Positions 52,247-59,648 of a stretch of 59,648 nucleotides of DNA are shown one piece after another. Where the stretch lies: positions 1-59,648 of IMG/VR virus record IMGVR_UViG_3300037264_000296, one strand, 5' to 3'. The notes beneath the pieces are model-generated. The model was not told the DNA's origin. It was given only the letters and a program-made list of their open reading frames with translations, and made no database searches. Positions within the stretch are counted from its first letter, which is position 1. Each line of letters starts with the position of its first letter. Position numbers and translations under genes: made by a program. The stretch is from a virus (lineage: Duplodnaviria > Caudoviricetes).

Positions 52247-53147
52247 CTAATACAATGGATCAACAACTAAGTTTTTAATCCAATCTAATACAACTTGTTT
52301 AGATGTGAACTTAGTTATTTTAATGTTTGGTTTATTATCAATAGCAAACATTAATTTACCTGTACTACGAGCTAATACCTTTAACTCTTCAATGAACTTA
52401 TTATTAACATATACATCTAATGATGTATGACTAACTGCACTAATTATCTTTACTGATTGATACATAGCTATCTCCAACTACTGATTAATATAAGCACTCC
52501 AGAAGTTTACAACTTCTGCATCATCGTTACGTTCTTTATCTCCAATAACACCTGGATGAATATCTAAGTGTCTGCTATTAGGAGTATATTCATCGGTTGA
52601 ATAAGTAACTCCAGAATGTACAAACCAAATATTGCTACCCTTTAATACCATTTTTGAAATGTTTGTTAAATTGAATGCCATCAATTCATTTGTTAATTTT
52701 AATACTGATACTGACATGAGACTATCTCCAATGAAATTTAAGTTTTTTATTAGGAAAGTATTTAATAAATACCTTCTCAATACCTGTTTTATTTAATTCT
52801 TCTCTTTTAATAGAAGCTTTTTGATTTACAGCAGACGCTATTACTGTATTAATACATGAATGAATTGAACACATTTCATGTGGATAGTAATAGCATTCCA
52901 TAAAGTTAGTATCATTTCCGTATCTGCGCATATCTTCGTTAAAGACAAATTCTTCTAACACTTTTAGTGTTATTTTATTTTCACCAAAAGCTTCTAACAT
53001 ATTTAACCAAATCATTCCTGACTTAGATATTACATGATCAAATACATGTAATGCTTCAGCACTTACAAGTGCTATCTTATTTAAATCGTTATTACATAGA
53101 TTTGTTAAATCTAAACCAAATAGTTCAACATGAGCATAACTAAACAT
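52247..53147 (-). CDS. Three early hypothetical proteins
   Basis: Each preceded by a TTGGAGATAG RBS. Confidence 0.55.
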
Positions 53148-53197
53148 AACTATCTCCAAAAATGGAAGCGAAAAGGAAGTGAGAATGCAAACAAGCA

Positions 53198-53227
53198 TTT
53201 CATTATATAAAAACATGCTTTTAGAGC
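53198..53227 (-). promoter_or_regulatory. Repeated promoter-like element (other copies 53703-53732, 54301-54326, 55223-55247, 55652-55676)
   Basis: Minus strand CTAAAAGCATGTTTTTATATAATGAAA; first two copies identical over 30 bp; each 29-51 nt upstream of a start codon. Confidence 0.75.
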
Positions 53228-53299
53228 GTTTGACTATCTAACAACGCAACAAAAAGAAAAAGAACTTCCCAAACCAATGAAGGTAAGGGAAGTGATTTG

Positions 53300-53668
53300 T
53301 TACAAGTCGAAAATAGCGTCCAACTCTTCGACAGAAGTTTGTGGATGTACAACACGGAAGCTGTATTTAGAAGCTTTTGGTTCTAAACCAAATTGAGGAT
53401 TCAAAGTCATACGAATTGCGTGTTCACCTTGAGCAGTGATAAGGAATGTGGCTTCCATACCAGGTTTGCAAGAGATAGGAACAGTGATGGTTTTAACACC
53501 ATCAGTTGCAGTGATGTACTGATAGCTGTTTTTAGCAGCATTAGTAATAACACCAACATTGATAACTTTAAAGTCTTTGTATTTAGCATTAGCAACTTCA
53601 TCAATAGTTGTACTAACAGGAGCTGCTTTCAGTGTAGCTAAAGCTTTGATTTGATTTTCTTGTGACAT
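53300..53668 (-). CDS. Early protein, possibly an N4 gp2/Drc-like ssDNA-binding RNAP II cofactor
   Basis: 122 aa, own promoter and terminator, beta-rich with acidic-hydrophobic tail; function inferred from position only. Confidence 0.3.
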   Translation of the reverse strand: MSQENQIKALATLKAAPVSTTIDEVANAKYKDFKVINVGVITNAAKNSYQYITATDGVKTITVPISCKPGMEATFLITAQGEHAIRMTLNPQFGLEPKASKYSFRVVHPQTSVEELDAIFDL

Positions 53669-53770
53669 GATATTTCTCCAAAATAGGAATTAAAGTGATA
53701 TTTTTCATTATATAAAAACATGCTTTTAGAGCTTTACAACTACCTACACCTTTCGATGTAGGTAAGAATG

Positions 53771-54001
53771 TTATTGATGAACATGTTTTAAGTTGTTGTA
53801 ATGTGCATGTTCCCATACACACATTTTAAGAAGTGACTTAGCAGACCATTCTCTTACTAAGTCTTTAGATTCACAATATGCTACTGCTACTAAAGCATTA
53901 GCTCTTGCTTGAAGCATTGCTTTGTGATTAGCAATACGTTGTTGACACAATACTAAGTATTGCGCATTAAAGAGATTTTCTCTTATTTGAACTGTTTTCA
54001 T
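53771..54001 (-). CDS. Hypothetical protein
   Basis: ORF track. Confidence 0.5.
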   Translation of the reverse strand: MKTVQIRENLFNAQYLVLCQQRIANHKAMLQARANALVAVAYCESKDLVREWSAKSLLKMCVWEHAHYNNLKHVHQ

Positions 54002-54389
54002 TTTGATTCTCTAATTGTTTTTGAATACGTTTGTTTTCTAACTCAACATGTTTATCTTTAGCATATTGTTCAGATTCTTTAAGCCATAAAGCTATATCTT
54101 CTTCATTTTTAGGAAGATGAGTCTCTGTAAATAAGGACATAATAATACCTCTTGGTTTATAGAGTATCTATAGTAATAAATACTCTAAAGTAATGAAATA
54201 GGGTTTAGTGTTACAAAGCAGATAATAGACGTTCTAATTCTGCTAATTCTTCGTCAGTAAGGAACATTGTAATTCTCCAAAGTTAGAATAAGTGATTATT
54301 TTCGTTATATAAAAACATGCTTTTAGTGAATTTCAATATAAGTGAAAGTTGAAATTTTAAAGAAAGAGAAAAAGAGGATTTTGTTTAGA

Positions 54390-54671
54390 TTATTCATCAT
54401 GATATTGCCATAAAACAGCGTTACATTCACAATGCACAGCTCCAATAGTTAGATCTGTGTTGTGATCGTGATGTAAATGAATTGGATAATTAAAGAAGTT
54501 TTTAGGAAATAACCTTTTGTTTATACTAAGGTTTAATATATCTAAACTTGGTTTAGAATCTAATGGATTATTACAATGACAACATAAGTTGTTTTGTAAT
54601 TTTATATATTCTTCTCTAACAAGTTTTCTTATTGAGTAATGTGTTTCAGAGTATTTAATAGGTAATTGCAT
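54390..54671 (-). CDS. Endonuclease VII/HNH-like Zn-finger protein
   Basis: QNNLCCHC...LHHDHNTDLTIGAVHCECN. Confidence 0.7.
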   Translation of the reverse strand: MQLPIKYSETHYSIRKLVREEYIKLQNNLCCHCNNPLDSKPSLDILNLSINKRLFPKNFFNYPIHLHHDHNTDLTIGAVHCECNAVLWQYHDE

Positions 54672-54830
54672 AGTGTTTAGTGTGTGTTTAGGAAAGAGAG
54701 ATAAAGTTACTATTTTATTAAAACTTGGCATGATTATTGTATGATTAATTACTATGCCAACTTTAATATAAATACATAAATAATTGTAAGTAAGTGTGTG
54801 AAACACACAAATATATATTTACTTCACCTA

Positions 54831-54860
54831 TTGACAATAGTAAATATTGGTTTATATAAT
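54831..54860 (+). promoter_or_regulatory. Consensus sigma70 promoter, opposite to the early genes
   Basis: TTGACA-18 nt-TATAAT; -35 inside the palindrome CTATTG-A-CAATAG. Confidence 0.55.
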
Positions 54861-55000
54861 GTATTACCCCAAAGGGTAAAGTAGTATATTAATATATAAG
54901 TATTACTTCCTATCTTAGGTATCTTACTATCTTATGTGTAAGTGTAATCAGAAGAAATTAATACTCTATGCATCCAATTAAGGACACATAGAGCTTTGGT

Positions 55001-55186
55001 TTAGAATGGATCTTGTCCAATATCAACTCTGGTGATGTAACCATCACGAGTTTTGTATGCAAGGTCTTTTTTTAGATGTAATCTGAATGCAATCAAAGTT
55101 AAATAATTATTGATGAATTCAGTTAGATTTGCAGCTAATGCGAATAGACCTGCAATGATGCACATGGTTTGTTTGAAGATGTTCAT
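55001..55186 (-). CDS. Small early membrane-associated protein
   Basis: Hydrophobic N-terminus, AGGAG RBS. Confidence 0.55.
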   Translation of the reverse strand: MNIFKQTMCIIAGLFALAANLTEFINNYLTLIAFRLHLKKDLAYKTRDGYITRVDIGQDPF

Positions 55187-55293
55187 GGTAATACTCCTGA
55201 TCAGAGATAGAATCGAATTTGATTCATTATATAAAATATTGCTTTTAAAGAACTTAAATACCTACACCCAATTAAGGATGTAGGTAAGTTGGT

Positions 55294-55623
55294 TTAAGAC
55301 TTCATTGGTGCAGTAAGTAGAGCTTTGATTTGTTCAGCTTCCTCTTTGGTAATGCCTGCTGCTTCGAGCTTATCGTTAGCAGCTTTGATTGACAATGCAG
55401 CATTAGCAACAGCATCTGACATACGAACTAAGTTCTTAGCACGAGCTTCAACATGATCAATGGCTTGATCTTCAGAAGCAACCTTCATTTCTTTTAAGGC
55501 ATAACCTAAGCCTTCATTAACCAACTCGAAAGTTGTATCAATGGATTTACCACCGTTGATGATAGTTGAACCAACAGCACCAGTCACAGCACCTAACATT
55601 TGTTTAATACTCATAATACTCAC
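55294..55623 (-). CDS. First early protein (N4 gp1-like)
   Basis: 109-aa Ala/Gly-rich helical protein heading the early cluster; similar size and style to N4 gp1. Confidence 0.45.
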   Translation of the reverse strand: MSIMSIKQMLGAVTGAVGSTIINGGKSIDTTFELVNEGLGYALKEMKVASEDQAIDHVEARAKNLVRMSDAVANAALSIKAANDKLEAAGITKEEAEQIKALLTAPMKS

Positions 55624-55915
55624 CTTTGCAAAGGAAACAGATCAACATTGATCCAGTATATAGAAACATGCTGTTAATAGCAGTCATACATACACCATAC
55701 ATAGCTCATATAGCTCATACAATGACCATAGCGACATGATATGAGTACAAGAGCTACGGTAGTACCAGTAGGTACAGTATCAATCAATGGTGGGGAGTAT
55801 GTTGAGAATTAGGAATGTAGATTGATATGGGGGGATATGTTTAAAATAAACTTACTCTGGTGTGTGTAATGCATTCATACATAATTTATAAAAATCTTGA
55901 AAACTTTTCTAAAAA

Positions 55916-56482
55916 TTATTTTAATAATTCCTCTAATCTTTTTTCTCCTTCTTCTGTAAGCCAACCAGATCTAAGAGTTACTCCACAATCTATTAACTTA
56001 TTAAATCTTGATTTATTCCATAAAGTATAAACTTGTTTTATATGACAATTCCATCTAAGAGCCATACGCTCATCTCTAGGAATATCATCTACTATAAACT
56101 CCTCTTTAAAACCAAGTAATACTTCTAAGTCTGTTGCTATTTGTTTACCGTGTGACATGTTAATTCTCCTATGCATTGATACATAATTTATATTTTTTAC
56201 TAAAACTTTTTCCTAAAAACTTTTCTAAAATTTTAAAAGTTCTTTCCTTAAACCTATCTCAAATTAATATTCTTGGTTTACTACTCCTAGTAATTTCATC
56301 TCTTCTAAAGCTTCTTCAATACGTTCTAAACTCTCCTCAGTAAACCCTTCCACATCATTATTTTCTTTAAATAATAAATATATTGCATGGTTTAAATGTG
56401 TATTTGCACTACATGGTGCATCATATTTCTTAGCTTCATAGCTAAGTATGTGACTTAATATTTGCTTGTAATTATTTGTCAT
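55916..56482 (-). CDS. Two hypothetical proteins near the strand switch
   Basis: ORF track. Confidence 0.5.
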
Positions 56483-56554
56483 GGTTTAAATTCCTAAAAA
56501 ATGCTGGACTATCTTAATTTTTATAGATTATACTATACCCTTACTAAACCTTAA

Positions 56555-58621
56555 GTGATTATTATGAAAATTACCTTAGAATTTAAACATCCTTGTGAGT
56601 TAATTGACTTACTTGAAAAGTTAGCTCAGTGTTATGTATCACCTAATACAAGCATAGTGCCAACTGCTTTACCTTATGATGGGCTAATTACTTGGGAATC
56701 TGCTTATAAAATATTTAAAGAAAAAGGGATCTTATAATGCATGATTCTAAATTTGAAGAAGTACCTTCTACAATACATGAAGTTAAACTAACTGATAAAC
56801 ATTTATCATTGGTTTATAGATGTGTTAAACATGGTTTACTTAATTCACATCCTGTATGGACTGATGAAGAGTATATGAATTTAATTGTTATTAGGGAATT
56901 ATTGGAGAGTTATAAATGAAATATGTAGTTGTAGAAGAATCTGTATCAAATCATTGTTGTTTTGAAGCTTCGGTTATAGATACAACAATTGAAGAACGTA
57001 AACCTGGTCATATTATTTGTGAGTGTTTTGATATTTCACAAGCTAATAAATTAAAGGACTTGTTAAATAACACTATTTATACTAAAGAAGAATTCTTTAA
57101 ATTAGAGAAACTTTGCTTAAGTCTTATTACTAATGTAGATTCTAGCGAGTTTTACTGTGATACTCCTAGCGGAACTATTGAAGCTATTGTCCGTAGTTTA
57201 GTAGAGAAGCTTGAACATATTAAAGAAGGCATTAATAAATGATTTATTATACTGATTTTAAATTTCCTCCTATTAATTTATGGAATTATCCTAAACAAGA
57301 AAGAGATTACAAATGAAAGTAATAGATAAATATGGGTATCCTGTAGAAACATTTAAAGAAAAATATGTTAAAAACTTTATTAGAAAACTTATTCATGGAA
57401 ATATTATAAATACATTTATTTATTGGTTTACAAAATGATTCATATTAATTGGGAATATAAAGGTAGGATTGTTAAAGTAGAACCTATTGATAGGGAACAT
57501 ACTTATGAGAATCTTAATTGGATTGAATGGAAGTTAAATCAAAGTAAACATACTCATCCTAAGAAATGGGATAGATGTTATTTAACTGGTTCAGATAAGA
57601 AGATACCAAAATATGAGGTAGAGTTTGATGTTTAACATTACTATTACATTACAAGAATTACAAAATCAAGGCATACTAAAGCAAGTATTAAATAAATTAA
57701 ACTTAGAGCATGATTATACTAATGTGCATTTATGGCTTACTAAAGATTACTTAAATAATAGTTTACCTGAAAAATACTCATTGTTTATTCCTGATTTAAG
57801 CAAAGAAATACTTTTAGAATTACCAGATGAATGCTTATTAAAAGGTATTCAAGTATGGTTATATAACTAATCTTTTTCACAATATTGACCGAAGGTCAAT
57901 TTGTAGGAGTATAAAATGAATTTTAAAAGAATATACAAATGTAAATGTTGTAATTTAATATTTGAATCCCTTACTTTGATAAAAAAAGAAAATCCACATA
58001 CAGGTATTCCACATGAACATATATGCGATAAAGATACTATCGGGTTAGGTGAGTATATTGGCTATAGAAAATATAGTAATAATGAGGATTAAGATGAATT
58101 TAAATAGACAAGTTACTGAAGAAGAATGGAAAAAGTTAGCTAATGATACTAAGTTACCTGAGAAGGATATTGATGAAGTATTTGATGATGATAAAGAAGA
58201 TGAAAATAATAAAGGAATGGGTGAGAAATAATGAATATATTTGCTGATGAAGAGTTAAATATTAATTTAACTAAGGTATATAATCCAGTAATATTAAAAA
58301 CTGATGAGGGGTTTGAACTAAGCATTTGTATGAGAGATTGGGGGTACGATATTATTATACCTAAACTAGAAAAACATATTCATATTAATGATTCTGGTAA
58401 AGTACTTGTTTTAAGAGAAGGAAAAAGTAATGAATAATGTACCTGAGTTTGATATACCTGTATTAGCTAAGATGAGTAAAGGATTAACTACTTGGTTTGA
58501 TGTATTAGTATTTTGTAAAGGTAATGTATGGAAGTATCAGTTTGATTTAAGTTATTTAACTAATAATGAATCTATTATTGATTGGGTTTATTGTGAGAAT
58601 GTAGAGTTTAATAATGAGTAA
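56555..58621 (+). CDS. Cluster of small hypothetical proteins
   Basis: Eight or more packed ORFs of 60-108 aa. Confidence 0.5.
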
Positions 58622-59312
58622 TGATTTAATTAGTGAAGAACAATTTAAAGCTTTATTACCTAAACAGTTTAAAGGTACTGTTACTCAAGAGGTTATGGAT
58701 GAGATTAATAATGCTTTAAGTGATCCTATTGCTAATGAAGCTTTTAAGGAGAATTTACTTAGTTATACAGGAGTTATGAGAGATGGTAAGTTTAAGATAG
58801 GTGATTATTTAAAAGCTGTTAAGTATGTTAGTTTTAAGTTGCTCGGTGAAGGTAACTTACAAGCATATTTAAAAACATTTCCTGATAGACATCAAGAGTT
58901 TATTAATAAAAATACAACTCCTAAAGATATGAGTTCGTATGCTGCAATGTACAATAAGAATAAATTAGTTAATCTTATATTTGCACAGACCCTTATACCT
59001 CACCATGTATTACACCAAGAGTTGTACACCAAATCATTGTATGGTTTGTTTGAAATAGCTAATGATCCTAAAGCTCCTGCAAGAGATAGAGCATTCTCCT
59101 ATGATAAGGTTATGTCTCATTTAAAACCACCTGAGAATACTAAGATAGAGTTAGATATTGGTATTAAGAGTGATAGTATGGTTGAACAGTTAAGAATTAC
59201 TATGGCTGAGTTTAGTGCTCAACAGTTAAAAGCTATTACTTTAGGTACTCAAAGTGTTACAGATATTGCTCATCAGAAGTTAGTTATTGATGGAGAGTTT
59301 ACAAGTGTGTAA
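58614..59312 (+). CDS. N4 gp69-like protein (putative terminase small subunit)
   Basis: EQFKALLP...ENLLSY...FKIGDYLKAVKYVSFKL...TFPDR...HLKPPE..KIELDI. Confidence 0.8.
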   Translation: MSNDLISEEQFKALLPKQFKGTVTQEVMDEINNALSDPIANEAFKENLLSYTGVMRDGKFKIGDYLKAVKYVSFKLLGEGNLQAYLKTFPDRHQEFINKNTTPKDMSSYAAMYNKNKLVNLIFAQTLIPHHVLHQELYTKSLYGLFEIANDPKAPARDRAFSYDKVMSHLKPPENTKIELDIGIKSDSMVEQLRITMAEFSAQQLKAITLGTQSVTDIAHQKLVIDGEFTSV

Positions 59313-59352
59313 TTTAGTGGTAGTCTTTAGTAAAAATTATTAAGGAATTATT

Positions 59353-59648
59353 ATGACTATAGTTGCTCCAGGAAGTTTATTAGACCAGTTAAGTGTTATT
59401 GCACCTTCAGGAGGATCTGCTTCTTTTAATGAACAAGTTTTACAAACTGCGCATCTAAACAACATTGAAACTGCTGTCGAACAAATTGGAGTTACACGCT
59501 ACGTTGCGATAAGCAACTGGATTTCAAAGATAGCTTTTACAGGTGTAGCTGCTGCTGGACTAACAATCCAGAACTTTAGGGTTATTGACTTATCCACCAG
59601 CGCAACGATCTCAAGCGTTTGGACAAACTTGTCTACTGGGCTAGACTT
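59353..59648 (+). CDS. Partial ORF, possibly structural, truncated by window end
   Basis: AAGGA RBS, MTIVAPGSLLDQL... open to the end of the window. Confidence 0.55.
   Translation, partial: MTIVAPGSLLDQLSVIAPSGGSASFNEQVLQTAHLNNIETAVEQIGVTRYVAISNWISKIAFTGVAAAGLTIQNFRVIDLSTSATISSVWTNLSTGLD

Noticed and set aside
53198-55676. CRISPR array from the ~30-bp repeats
   Set aside because: Spacing is 400-900 nt with genes between the copies; no cas genes
56586-56596. Fourth ACATCCTTGT CsrA-like site
   Set aside because: Lies within a + strand ORF, so the GGA is antisense, and the flanking architecture is missing

Overview
About 60 kb of an AT-rich N4-like (Schitoviridae-type) phage genome. + strand 1-19446: end of the major capsid gene, structural/ejection genes and a 4332-aa virion RNA polymerase (vRNAP) in which I saw no Cys. 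- strand ~19.4-56.5 kb: early, middle and replication genes. These include a two-subunit RNAP II, class II nrdJ with a group I intron/GIY-YIG endonuclease, a family A DNA polymerase split into two genes, gp42/primase/gp44/SSB/resolvase, thyX, RNA ligase, SpoU methyltransferase and a Tad2-like protein. + strand from 56.5 kb: small late genes and an N4 gp69-like gene. Most interesting: (1) the vRNAP carries in-frame accessory modules bounded by short direct repeats, an N-terminal thermonuclease-like domain, and Phe for Tyr in motif B; (2) one protein joins toxin-binding segments resembling two different type II antitoxins and sits next to an aberrant tRNA-like RNA; (3) covarying CsrA/RsmA-type GGA hairpins precede early genes; (4) two tandem stem-closed candidate ncRNAs; (5) a kissing-loop leader precedes an ATPase moron. 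All family calls come from motif recognition by eye; no searches were run.
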